A stretch of 64,000 nucleotides of DNA, from NCBI GenBank assembly GCA_002633005.1, contig NMRA01000126.1, forward strand, positions 801,212 through 865,211, written 5' to 3'. The translations under genes and the position numbers were made by a program. This document shows positions 39,601 to 52,559 of this stretch, piece by piece. The notes under the pieces were generated by a model. The model did no database searches. It was given only the letters and a program-made list of their open reading frames with translations, and was not told the origin of the DNA. Every line of letters starts with the position of its first letter. Positions within the stretch are counted from its first letter, which is position 1. This DNA is from Phoronis australis (lineage: Eukaryota > Animalia > Phoronida).

Positions 39601-42600
39601 AAAATTATCTCAATTCAAAGCAAACACAAATGGAAGTGGCTCAACTGAACATCGGACCACCTCGAAGAAAACGTAAATTGATATTACCACATTTTCTGCA
39701 TTGGGTCACATAGGCATTTTTATGCACCCATATACATATGTCGGTGCATGTTACCGTCATCTCTGTCCGGGCGTCTAGCGTCCAGCAAACATTGCTGTAC
39801 TCCTAAACAGCTTGCTAGATATTTTTGTAATTTGTTTTCTTATGGAGCTGGTGACGATTATGACGATTCTCGGACGACTTCAACTATTGTTGTACCTTCA
39901 AGTGGCAAATGTAGTCATTACGTTTGACTCTGTGTCTGCCCACTAGCCATTGACGCATTTTTACGAAATTCCGTAAATAAGTTTCATTTGAGATTACGAC
40001 GACACCCTCCCGATATGGAAATGATTCGGCGGAGCCTGCACCCCATAGTGCATGGCTATATTTATTACTTTCTAGTCCATTTTCGGCGTCCGCCTCTCTT
40101 GCCGACGATGCCTTTCCATTTTCGGACAGCTTCTACCTATTCTGCGCCACGTACTGACCATTTTAACCACCTACATTTATTTTTGTGATCGTAAATTGTC
40201 CGCCGTCTGGCATCCACTGCTGTATCTCCAACCCCCCTCGGAGGATGTTCATGAAAGCTAGCAGATGCGTTCTTATGGATATACTGACAAATGGCACCGC
40301 CGCCTTGGCGACAATTTTAGTATTTTGCTTTTTATTTTGCCTCTGTATCTTCGGAGTCCCTTTACAGATTTTATGAAATAGGTATCCATTAAAGACCCTA
40401 CGTAACGGGGACGTCTTAACGTATTTGGACGGATTCTATCAATTCTGCCTACAATCTAGTGGCCATTTTGTTACTTACGAGGGCCTACAACTTTTTTCGA
40501 GCATATCCAACTACATGTAAATTTGTGTATTCTAGTAGCAATTTTGTTTTTTACATTTGCTTCTGTACCTTTGAAGTTCCTGAAAGTATTTTCATGAAAT
40601 TAAAAAAGCGGGTTTCTGTTACGAGAAGATGACGCCTTCTCATTTTAATCGTCGTTTACGTACTCTTCGCCACCGAATGACCATTTTTTATGGGATTAAT
40701 AAACACTCCGAGAATCATCGTTTGCGGTGCAGTCGCATTAGTTTTATAATTTTATGTAATCTGTATCTAGTATTGAAGTGGCTTTGAATTCACATAAAAT
40801 TGTTTACCCTAAGACATCAAGTGTTAAACGAGATGGTAAGGTCACGACCTGTCACCACACTGAAAGAAATACAACTGTATATTCCTTTGAAATTGTAGGT
40901 GACATTTTCAAGGACTTCTTAGAACACGAAAATAAGACTCGAAAGCCCCGTAAGCATACCTTGATACAAATAGTTTCTCGATCCGTATTATCGCTTTAAC
41001 GATAACCGAATAGATGTCATGGACACCTCACTTATTAACACTATTCACCGCACACCTAATACTCATGGCTATGCTATCTTCTGCGGGTTGATCAGGGGCC
41101 CGTTTCATGAAACCCGACTCAAGACTTGAGAAAAAAATATCTAAGGAAAAATCATAAAAAACCAATTCATGAACATGAAATCGGATTTTGGTCTTCAATC
41201 ATGATAACTTAGACAAAAATTAAGTCACTTTTGACATAGGTGGACATACAAACTACGCTTTTGCCACCTATACTGCATTGCGAATTTCGAAAACTAATCA
41301 AGGAGGTGTGTGAATTACGGTTTCAAGAATAGTCTTGGTCTTAAAACTCTAAATGGTGATTTATTTACATTTTGGATACAATTGGGGTGTCGTTCGCTGG
41401 AGAACACTTCGGTATGTCTGACAGAAAAAGTTCCATGAAATGGGCCCAGAACCATAAATTGCTGTTTCACCACAATTTTATTCAATTGCTATTCATGCTT
41501 AAAGCTGTTACAAATCCGCCTTCTGTTAAAAAATCGATGCAGGCCAACTACCGATGATTTTTTATTACTTAAATTAGAGATGATTTCTGAAGTTGGAAGA
41601 ATTGTCTAATGATCAAGAACAGACTCAGCAACACGGATGTTTAGTGATGACATGATTTGGACGCGCCAATAGGAAATGTATAGCCGTATCACATTCAAGA
41701 AACACCAGGGGCAATTTTGCACTTGAAACCTTTACAAAAATAATGCGTTTGGATTAACATCGGTGCGCCGTTACCGGTACATCCATTGTATGCTTCCGGG
41801 GAACGATTTACCAGATCCATAGCCCGGTAATAAATTCTCACTAACGTATATCACTACGTAAATGTCGCCTAAATATTATTACTATTTTTAATTTGGGCTT
41901 TTAATTTCGTTTGACTGTGTAATACTAAATAATCGAATTATGCACCAGACATGGTCTCTTGCGCTGATGAATTATCCGTTAAAACTAAGCCTGGCAGTCA
42001 CATCTAATATGAATAAGTCTCAAGCGGCCTGCATAAAAGGTAATTTTTGGCAGAAGACAGATTTCCTTGCCACACAATGTGTTGATGGAGGCTTTGAGCG
42101 CTCTCCATTCGCATTCTACGAAGACAATGCTGCAATTAGCTCATAGTCCAGTCATTCTACGGATGACCCGGAAAAAATGCAACAGAAGGTTTTATTGCAT
42201 AAATCGTATCCCCTCACACCTCTTAGTGTGAGAAAAAAGTCTACCGGAATCGGAGTGGCGGAAGTTGGTTTTTCAAAATGGCGGACAAAATGGCTGCTAG
42301 CATTGCAGATGACCATTATTACTCGAGAGTGGCATCTGATAGAGTAAAAATTCAAAAAGGTTTACCTTTCTTTCAAGGGTCAACAAATCCATTGGAAATA
42401 GTTTAGCATGGTTGTGGTGAAACCGTCCACCTTTTTCCAAGATGGCCTCCAAAAGTACTTCGAGTGGCACAACTTTGCACGAACACATTAGTGTGTCGTC
42501 TTGCTTCAAACATTGCATCATAGGTTTTCAGGGTCGACTAATCCATTGAGACTCATTGCATATGACTGTAATGGTTACTTCCACCATTTCCAAGATGGCG

Positions 42601-45600
42601 GACAAAATGGCCGCCAGATTTGCAGATGAACATTATAACTCGAGAATGAAATTTGATAGAATAAAAATTTAAAAAGGTCATCCAAATTTCCAGAGCCAGA
42701 CATAGACACAACTCTTTCCAGCTTCAAATATGTCTTGCTTCAGCTGCATGGGTCTAATGAATACTCTAGCGTTTTCGCAGAATTCTCGATCATGCAGTTT
42801 CTTGAATGGGAGAGCCTTTGCTTGCGCAAATGGCAAAATTGCACAAGTTTCGTCTCCAAGAGACAACTGTAGTTTCTTGATGTCCCAGACTCTCCTCTTG
42901 CTTTGGTGCCTCTCGTCAAATTTCATGAACATTGGAAGTTGTTGTGAAACAGCATGGTAACACAAAAGAACCAACAACTCTGTGTCGTCTGCAATAAGGG
43001 TAGTTGGACCTTGTGCTGCGTTCTCTACTGCTGTTTCTATAATTAAAACGTCTGCGTCACCTTGAGCTTGTACCACTGTGCTACCAGCATTTCCTAGCAA
43101 ACTTGACAAGAAATGAATGAATCATTGTTTGTTTTTGCTGTTTGCCAAAAAATGTTCTGACATTGGCTTGATCATCATGTCACCATTGCAGTGAACTTCA
43201 CTTCCAAGCACCTCACCCAAAATTCGAACATGGGAAACATCTTTTGTTGATGATTCATCTCAGTAACCATCAAAAACAACAGTAGGCTGGGTGCACTTGC
43301 TGATGTAATCCACATAAGCTCTGCCAAACGACTGAAACGTTGCCTTTTGCACCTCTAGGCCATGGGATACTGTGAAGGAGAGAACAGCCGTCGATTACAT
43401 GCATCACCGTATTTTCTGGAAACTGAAACCCTCAGGTAGTCCCCCACTGGACCAGATTACATCAGCTAATATTGATTTAGTAGAGACTCTGGGAAGACCA
43501 GATGTTTCAAAAAGAGCAGGGGCACCAACACACAGCTCAAACTTGAAAAGGCTTCATGAACTTTCACTGTTATCTTTTGCAGATATCAGGATTCGCTGAA
43601 GTAGCAGTCGTGGATCCACTTATGTAAAATCACTATTAGCAACATGAACTGATTGACTTGTCATTACCACAACCTTGTCTTCCTTTCTGAATGTGAAGTC
43701 TTTCACGCTTGACCCCTCCATAGACAAGCGAATCGTCATCCCCACTTCTCTGCCATTCTCGGCATTGACGCGCGTGCGTGCAGTCACACCAGTGACGGCG
43801 CCCTGTAATGTTTCTTTTTAAAATGGGTTTCTGTTGTGGAGGAATTCAACAAGGCTGCGGATGTCTTTGTTGTCACTCGACTGTCTTGCCAGGGTACATT
43901 CTTTATGCTGCTGACATGTTTCACAACTCAAGTTTGTCACGGTCTGCATGGCACCATTTATACTTGAGCATACCGGCAAGGAAAGCAGCCACGGTGCACT
44001 CTGCGTATCTCCCATTTCGCAACCTCTAGTTAAAGCTCCTGGTGCTTTAATACTTTTCATGAACGTTTGTTAAATTACAAGATCATATGACAAGCCTGTC
44101 CAAAATCTGTCACTTTGTCTTATGACATCTGGACGGGTGTCTTTGAGTTGCTGCGTCTGCTCCAAGTATATGTATGCAGATTATGCATAAGAGTTGTGAC
44201 CAGCAGCTGCAAAGTAAGGCAGCATTTCAGAAACTGCTTTTAGGTGAACCTCCCAATCTGGCCGCGTTATTTGTGCTTTTAAAAAAATCGAAGGATGTCA
44301 GTCATCTTCATATACTGAAGCCAAAGACTAATAATTCAACTTTGCAAGGACAAGTCTAATTTATGTGCTTCGATTTTTATGGATACCTACAAGACACTCC
44401 GACGAGCATACATCGTCGCACACAGACGTCATGCCAGCAATAAGATCATTATACCGCTTCAGACCACCTCTCAGATCATCATCAAGTATATCATTGACCA
44501 TTGATTCTTCTGACGAACTATTCTCTGTCACTGCGAATTCTGAAGACCTATACTCTGATTCAGTCGTGTTTGAATATACCAGTGGCAGTAGGTCGGAAGC
44601 CAGAAGTGAACTCTCGTGAGGGTATTCCATTGTAATTCAAGGTTCAGAATCGGAAGACACTGGCTGTGCATTGCATGCCCCAGCGTATACATCTAGTTTT
44701 GTAATCAGTTGGGATGTCTGAAGAATCTGTCTCCATATTCTAACGAGCCAAAATTAGTGTTCAAGCATTGAAATGCCCCCCCGCTTGGCACGGAATCTGT
44801 GTGTTCTGCGTTGGTGACATTCGGGACTCTTGGGATTTCTGAAGAACCGGAACTTCTTTCATTAGTGGTTCTGGATTGACGTTACTTGATCTGTCAATAT
44901 TTGGAAGTGGGACATAAGGATCACACTGTTTCATGCATGCACCATCTCGAGAACTTTTTGAAGCTCTGTGCCTGACATTACATATCCAATACATCCCAGA
45001 AAGCTCATCTCAGTATGAAATCTGCCAAGCCTGGCGAAGAACAAGTGACTGCAGATTACTGTCGTTTTGTTTGCTGGCACTAATTTCTTCTAAAATCAGT
45101 TACCTATGTTCATAAAAAGCATGCATATTAAACAAATTGAGAGTACTAAATGTTAAAATTTAATTATTAACTTTGTTACACAATTTTATTTGCTTTTCAT
45201 CAAATTCAGATGAAATCAACAGCCAAATTCTCAACACATGCCAGCAGCAGACGAAATCATTGCTTGGGAACATCTAATAATATCTCCAATAGCAGATAAA
45301 AAAAGCCACTTTCTGCCCAATTTTATTCAGGGTTTGTGTAATGAATAAGCCAATAACTCCACCAGAATTTCATATTTTTCTGAGAATTATTATTTTTGAT
45401 ACCTCAAATGAATATATTTTACAGAAAAATAATTGAATGTGTGAAGTTTATTATGAAAATTTAACAAAAGCCTTTTCTGAAAAACACAACAAATTTTATG
45501 TTATGCAATCTAAAATGAGATTAAAATTTCACATTTAGTATCTAAATATGAAAAACAAATTATAGATACAATCCACTCATTAACCCTGACTGTAGATTGT

Positions 45601-46999
45601 AAAATGTTTTTGTGTAAATGCCTATCAGGTTACGGAACGTAAATGCTTTAAATTGGGGTTTTGTGAATTGGCGGCCATTTTAGCGGCCATTTTGTCAGCC
45701 ATCTTGATTTTTTTATCTCCAACCAGTGACCAATTGCAAGGTCCATATATTTTCAATTATCTACCTCACAAAAGAATAAAAATTTTGCCATTTTCAGAAC
45801 AAAATGTAAAACGAAATCTTTCAAAATGTACCAAATTGCCGTTTCGGCCGCCATATTGTCAGCCATATTGGTTTTCTTTCACGGAAAATTGGCATCTTTG
45901 GATTGGTATGCCTGTTACGGACAGTATAAAATTAATGACAAATTTCCAGCTGTTACATATGAGTAACATGCCAGAAAGCAGTAAACACCGGTTTAGACTT
46001 TTTTATGGCACCAAGGGATGTTTGAAGATGCCATTTGTGCAAAAAACCTTCTGTTGCAATTTTTTCTAGGTTGGGCCCTCTGGAGTCCTAGAATGACTGG
46101 ACTATTAGGTGATACTTGCGTCACAAAACGTCCTGTTGGCTCTTTTTAAAAGCTGACTGTGAGTTTACGCCCTGGTCCATTTGGTCTGTGTGCTCTAATA
46201 CGTGCAAAGGCGGTATGAAGATGCGGAAAAGAGCTTGTTTGGACAAACAAGGTGTTGTATGCGGGTCGAGCAAATGTAAGGGACTAAGAGAACAGTGGTC
46301 CAGTTGTCCTGAGGAGAACGACTGTCATGATGTTGGGTCAGCTGGCCGCCGTAACCTTCTTCAGGCGCGTTCCCTGATGGCAGGTAAAAGTAATCCTAAC
46401 TTAATGGTACAGAGCAGACTGCTGCAGCCGCATGCACGCGGCGTCAATTGGTAGGGTTCTTAGGTCACTGCCACTGATTAAATGTGCTAACTAGGTACTG
46501 CAAACTGAAAGATTGACATGACCAAAGAGTTTCCTGAAATAACTAGAAATTCAAGTATGTCCTGCTACAAACTTGCTTTCTCATTTGTGGAATTCCTTCA
46601 TTCCGAAAATGCCCGAATGTGGCAAAGTTAACGTCACTATGAAGTAAATCAAAAAATGTCCTTGCGAAATTCACCATACATAACGACTTATGGGTGTGAA
46701 TAGTGGTATCAGAAATTTTTACCAACCGATCTAAAACGGTGGACACTTTTTGTTTTTTCAGCACACCAAACTGTTGAGGTCCAGTGTTATGTCTTATATC
46801 ACTTCTTTCAGATACTGGGAATACACAGCCAAATACCCCGAAGTCAGTCAATAGCTTCATTTTAATTCCTACGATTGCAATCATTTTTGGAATACTCACA
46901 TCCACGTTAGTTGCCATGACGATAGTTTGTAAATACGCCATGAACCGACGGCGTTATCGTCACTCCGTCGACCGTTCTCATCGACTAGTACTAAATTAG
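33671..46999 (+). CDS. Predicted type I membrane protein with signal peptide, three thrombospondin type-1 (TSR) repeats and a C-terminal TM; internal exons partly uncertain
   Basis: Supported exons: 33671-34199 (signal peptide MFVLVLSFLSLFLRWGLTSS; WSEWSEWTECSSACNSG..RSRTC), 36640-36888 (WSSWSQCSDTCGEG..RKKAC), 38106-38237, 39544-39672, 46153-46383 (WSIWSVCSNTCKGG..RKRAC), 46812-46999 (TM FILIPTIAIIFGILTSTLVAMTIVC, then basic tail); all have phase-1 junctions. Candidate exons at 34401-34890 and 39341-39484 do not reconcile in phase. Confidence 0.7.
34669..34801. mobile_element. Dimeric CATGGGCG-ended mini-MITE (inverted copy of 29956-30098)
   Basis: catggacggc...cgcccatg with internal catggtctatag junction; flanks ttaac / tgaac. 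Confidence 0.65.
37565..37835 (+). repeat. Interspersed repeat, copy of 25548-25835
   Basis: Colinear similarity, including the hairpin agaccgtccggagt...actcgggacggtct. Confidence 0.8.
41096..41447. mobile_element. PIF/Harbinger-like MITE
   Basis: TIR gggcccgtttcatg / catgaaatgggccc, CAG at or overlapping both boundaries. Confidence 0.6.
42144..46104 (-). mobile_element. Decayed Academ-type (XPG-domain) DNA transposon in an intron of the TSR gene
   Basis: TIR tagtccagtcattcta / tagaatgactggacta (TAG...CTA termini), extending inward as tgcaacagaaggtttt / aaaaccttctgttgca; flanks tca / tta. Fragmented - strand ORFs include 42678-43109 'QAQGDADVLIIETAV...LIADDTELLVLLCYH', an XPG/PIN-like acidic motif. 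Confidence 0.75.
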
Positions 47000-49900
47000 T
47001 GCTCCATCTATAGAATTTTACATGTCTTTGACAGTGTACTATTTACAGTTTAGGCGATAACGCATTTTACAGTAAATACTTACTCCACTGTGTTGTCGTC
47101 TTTCGTTTGTCTACTTTGTTACTCTCAGTCATCACACAAACCTAGCATCTAATGTATTTATCTCTGCTATTCGTTACTGGAACTTTATTGACCACTCAGT
47201 AAAATTTTTACACAATGTCATGTTTCCGGACAATTTAACAACTTTAATTGAACCTCTTTGCGCTCACTGCGGACGGAGAGTTAAGGGCTGAGTTGAATGG
47301 GTGTCTAAAGTGACACGACAGCTTTGCTGACAGCTCACGTCAAGGCGTGAAACTACGGCAACAATGAATGAACAAGCCGTCCGTTCTTCCAACTGCTCTT
47401 GCCTAGACGTAAAACATCAACTCGGCTATCCTTCACTTGAGGCAACTGGCTCAAATCACCACACACCAGAAAACATGGGCCATCACTGCTGGACCTATTG
47501 TGCCGTTTTCAGTATTGGCCCAATATCGTATGCCACTCTTATTCCACTAACATTACCATTCAGAGACTAGTTTATAAAAGATTGTGGTATAAAGGGCCAG
47601 TTATGGTCCAGCTGTAAGCCAAAGACTGGGACTGGCCCTGTACGAATGGTCATTAAGGAAGGTTGCAATATTGGGGCACTGCATATGCAGCATTGGACCA
47701 GTAGGAGTATTATACTGGTCCAGTGCAGAGAGATTTATGTCCAATGAGATGATTATACAAGGAGAGCGCTGAAGACACAACTCTCTAAAATCGCCATCCT
47801 GGGATTAAAAAGACCCAGTCAATTTGCTCTGGATAATCTGTGCATAACAAGTTTTGAACCACGTATGATGCGTACGTTACTGCAAACTGGGCCTCCAGAA
47901 TGTATTGGCTAAGGTCAAACACTGGCAGGTGACAAATGTTTTCGTCTGTTTTTGTTTTCTCGACTGCCCTTCGGTCTTACGCCTATGCCAGCCTTCGAAG
48001 TTTCATTATACGCACGCCCGCCTACCTGCTTTGCTGGCTATTTCAATCCAACAAATGTCAGTTTACGAAGCGATGAGAAAGCTATTAAAATAACTGAAGT
48101 ACGTACTCTTATACCGTGATGTGGTAACAACACTGCCGGATTCTAGTCAAGACGCATGCCAATTACATCCCTAGTAATTGATCCATGGTGTAACTAAGTC
48201 TGTTTTGTCGCATGACTGTCTCCTTAGTTTTGGGGTTCGGATACTTCTTCGAAATGTGATTAAACTTGGGATCTGCCAATGCAATAAACCCGCTCGAGCA
48301 GTTGGCATCGTTAAAGTCTTGGTTTCAAAATGCCCATGTGGTTCCAGTATTCGAAAATATTTACTAAATAAAATTTTATTTTCGACACTCTTTCTTTATA
48401 TTCCTTCCGCCTTTCTTGCCAAAAGCGATTTTTAATAGTATTTGACCCTTCTCTGTGAGCGTATAATTACCGGCTGTCATCGGTTATTTCCGTACTCAAA
48501 TTTCCGGCTCATCAGTTCAGGAACTTGTCCTGAACGCTGCCATTTTTTCCTTGTAACTGAATGTGCTATCGCTTGCTCGAAAAGTCTTCATTATTTTGTT
48601 TTATTAGTAATATCTCGTGATTCGTTTGCATATGTAGTGTATTTATAGTTTGTAGTTAGTGGTCGCTGATTTTTTTTTGGAATGTTACGCGTACTTGTTA
48701 TGTTAAAATAACACTGGTGTTTAGTTCCTTACGTAAGGCGGTGGAACCTAGGAACCAATATGAGTCCAACCAATTTTTTTTCGTTTTGATTTTTTCTCGT
48801 TTTTAAAAAGTACTTTGCTATCATCGGAAAGGTAGCGCATTCAACTCAATAAAAATCGAAAAAGTATCAAAATAGGGGCAAACAGTGTAAAGTTATTGCA
48901 AATTTTGTGGCGAAATTTGGGTCACTTTGTTTGGGTCGCGTAGGCCATATTGGAAGACAGCGGTATAAGTTACGAGTTTAAAACTTTGTGTAAATTGTTT
49001 TCACCGACAATTTACGGTGAAATTTAGTGAGACATGTCTTTACTTACTATTCTGCACGATTCAATAGTGTTCACCAAATTTCATCCTCTCAGTTGTAGCT
49101 CATTAAGTGATAAATGTGCTCACAATTCCCGTTGGACTACTTCTCATTTCCGGCGGCACCGACAACAACTTTTGCTGAACTGGAAGGCATCTTCAACCTT
49201 TTACTTTGTAATTTGTGAAGATTTAACGTTGATACATTTTGACAAACGTTGCTACAAAAAAGGAACTTTGTTCAATTTTCGTTTTTTTGTGCAAAAATAT
49301 AAGATAGATTTGAATTATTTTACTGTGAATGTCCCATTCAGGTGATCTTACACTAAGGTAAAAAACAGTTGAAATAATTTTGAAATGGTTTCTTGTTTGA
49401 CTGTCAACTGCTGTTCAAGGCTTGATTAGGTGTCACAAAATGATTCATATTTTTCTAAATTTTAAGTCTAAATTGCTTTCAAGTCATGTTTTGTAACTTA
49501 TTGGTTCTTAATTCAGGTTATCAAGTTAACAATGTGAATAATATTAATTTGAGAAATAAGCTATGTTAGGTTGTGAAGCTTCAAGCCTCTAATTCTTGTT
49601 CCTTGCAACTTTTTTTAATCATGCTTGTTAAATTCTGGTGTAAGGAAACACTATTCCGTCACCATGTCCACTTTCATATCATGGAAACTTTTGCTATTGA
49701 ATAGTGTTTGTAATGCTAAATGTGGTAAAGTATTGTGTATTTTAAGTTACTTATTATGTTAAAAGGTTGAATCATTTTGGCTTAATGAATAAAAGATGGT
49801 AACATTTTTCATTGGACTTGTCATACTTATGTGCTCGAACGAGCCCCCTATTTGGAGAAATGGAAAATTTTTTGCCTCAGTCAGAGAACCGTGAACTCCG

Positions 49901-50808
49901 AAAAAAGTAGAAAACGAGACAATATTCTACTAGACGACAGGAAGTACCAAAATTTAGCGTCTGCAATTCATAGCTCTGAACATACCCAATGAATCTTATA
50001 GTAAAAGATAGACATTCCAAAAAATTCCAGCCCCCCATTTTTTAGGGTTGGTGCTCTCAAACAAAGTCAGGGAAAATCTCTTTTGAAAGCCAACATTTTT
50101 GCACAGTTCGCCAGAAGTACCCAAGTTCCAGCGACCAGGTAGGCCTAAGGGTAGCCTTGATGCAAAGCTGTATAGGCCTACTAACAAGCTGTAGTTAGTC
50201 TTCATACTGGTCACGGGTAGCTGGCACTGAGGCTAGCTAATGGCTGCCGCGGCAGTGTGACACAGGACTAACCAGCCCGTAATTTTATGCAAGTGTCTGA
50301 AACTACCTCTGAATGTATACGACATTTGAACATTTTACTTCGACAAAAGAGCTTGCAACCGCATGCCTTTACCGTTCGCCAGTGTCTGGTCTCGATCCGC
50401 ACCGGGTCCGATAGGTTGCGGTCCCTTGTACGGCAAAATAATTTCTGTCAAAATTTATTCGCCACATTTTTTCAGCAAATTCGATAAAATTGTCCGTATT
50501 TTGGTTTTATTAAAATTAAGGCGCGTTGTCGATTATTTTATCCCCATTTGCAGGCTGGTAACAGGCACTCGTCCATTCACACTGACGGCGTTTTTAACCT
50601 GAGTCCTGAATGAATTGTACTTCCGGGTTCGCGGTAAGTTCAAAATGGCGGTGGTTCTTCGGGTACGAATCGTGAGTGGCGCGTTCAATTAAACTTTTTT
50701 CGAGTACGGACTGTGTATTAGTTATGGGGTAAGTACTTCTTGGATCCTTATAACAACCTCTAACCATGTAATAAGGGTTAACAACGTGTGAGACCAGGAC
50801 TTTAAGGT

Positions 50809-50814
50809 TTTATT
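50809..50814 (-). terminator. Candidate polyadenylation signal (AATAAA) of the amidase array gene
   Basis: tttatt on + strand, ~150 nt downstream of the TAA at 50963. Confidence 0.5.
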
Positions 50815-50962
50815 CGAATTCATGAATGGCTTACAAATATTCGGATTGGCAATTTTTCTGTTATTCTACGATAAACTTGATTTGAAAGCCAAAAATTTGA
50901 TTTTTTGGCTAAGAGGTCTCAAATAACCACGTGAGACCCCGTAGTCACAGATCTACAAGCAG

Positions 50963-52559
50963 TTATGTCGAAATTTCAAACAAGCAGAACTCTTTACACT
51001 TGACGAAGTAACACTTGTTTCTACATTTCTTGCCGTCCCACAAGTCGATATGTCCTGTGGGATGCTTGGGGTTATTCTTCCAGGTGCAGTGACGGAATGT
51101 AATGATTCCTTTCTTTCCCTGAAATATAATGACAATCGTCAAGTCGTTTGAATACTTAACTGTAGTAGTCAACAGACTGATGTATAATGTATGGAATTTT
51201 TCGGTAACGTTTTAAGTATAGATTGGAATATCAAATCACCGGTGTTGTAATTAAAAAGATTAACCATCATTGTACAGTGACAGGCCCGTAGCCAGCATTG
51301 CGCGGAGAGTGATTCGAATTTCTAAAACGGTGGACCTTTTGATCATATTTTGTGAACGTCGGCCGCTTTTTCCGTAGCGCCCTTAGACAGAAAAATCCGG
51401 CATCAAGCGCTTTGATTCACAACCAAATTTGAAATTAGTAGCAAGTTGGTTATTATTGTAGTTAGTAGTACCAACAATAACTAGTACAATTTTGTTGATA
51501 TTGATGTTCAACTATATTCTATGCTATTCTGCTGGGGTTGGACCTTTTCCGCGGGGGGTCGATCGAACTCCCCAACCTCCCGTGGCTACGGTCCTATATG
51601 TACGTTATTCGGGAGAAAATAAAACCAAAAAGCGCGACAAGCTAGTCAGTGTACGAAAAACTAATATATTACACGTTTGAACATGGTGTAACAGACGTTT
51701 GACAGTGAAATCCTTCTTTACTTTTAAATTCATGAAGTTGCGTGAATTTAGTAAGCACCCGGATATTGCTCTGCAGCCGGCGGAAGTGGCGAATGAAAAT
51801 GTCATGGAACCGATGTAATATTGTTTGCAACTTCAGCAAAAGAACATTTCTACAGCATTTTGATGGCGTGTTATATGTCAATAACTTACCGCTAATTTTG
51901 ATTCCTTCTTGACACACAACGGCTTTTTGAAAATCTTCGTCAGGTAGCAATGCCACGTGTCCGCTCTGATGACGTATTTTTGACTTTGTTTGTTCTTAAA
52001 GCCAGACCAGTTACAATTATCAGATTCCTTGATGCATATCTTGTAGCCTGTTCGAAGATGCAGGGCAGGAAGAACGGTATGAGTAAGGTTCAAATCGTGT
52101 GCAAAATTGTAAATTCATTTGGTACCTTTTTGGTTTTCCGAAATTCAGTTAAATTATGATGACTAGATGGACGAACATAAAATCTGTGTTCTGATGTTTC
52201 AAAAAATTAAACATTAACTTAAACCAAACAAAAGAGGAATAAATACTTATCACGTGGATCATGAGATTACATAATCTTGATAACATTGGGCATAATTATG
52301 TGACTTGATGCTTGACTAGTGGAGGTGGCAATTTTTTGTGAAATTGATGAACATGGAAAAACAGAGAAGAGCCAAGGTGAGATTAAGCCTTGCGTTAACT
52401 TCGGAAGGTCGTACTTACCTAATTGATATAATGTGTAACTCAATCTCATGCCGCATGTATCACCATAATTTTTATCAAATCCCGCCTTTTTCCACATTGC
52501 AGATTTATCGAACGTTTTTGGGTCAGGATACTTAGTCCACAAATCGTTGAACGTGAAAC
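50963..52559 (-). CDS. dae4: Tae4-like amidase domain, C-terminal unit (no linker, true stop)
   Basis: Exons 52559-52419, 52047-51890, 51118-50963: GFTFNDLWTKYPDPKTFDKSAMWKKAGFDKNYGDTCGMRLSYTLYQL|GYKICIKESDNCNWSGFKNKQSQKYVIRADTWHCYLTKIFKKPLCVKKESKLA|GKKGIITFRHCTWKNNPKHPTGHIDLWDGKKCRNKCYFVKCKEFCLFEIST*. Confidence 0.88.

Noticed and set aside
50619-50655. ETS (acttccgg) plus YY1 (caaaatggcgg) promoter-like cluster
   Set aside because: No adjacent first exon found; it lies in probable transposon-derived sequence (48.7-50.75 kb) whose ends I could not define.
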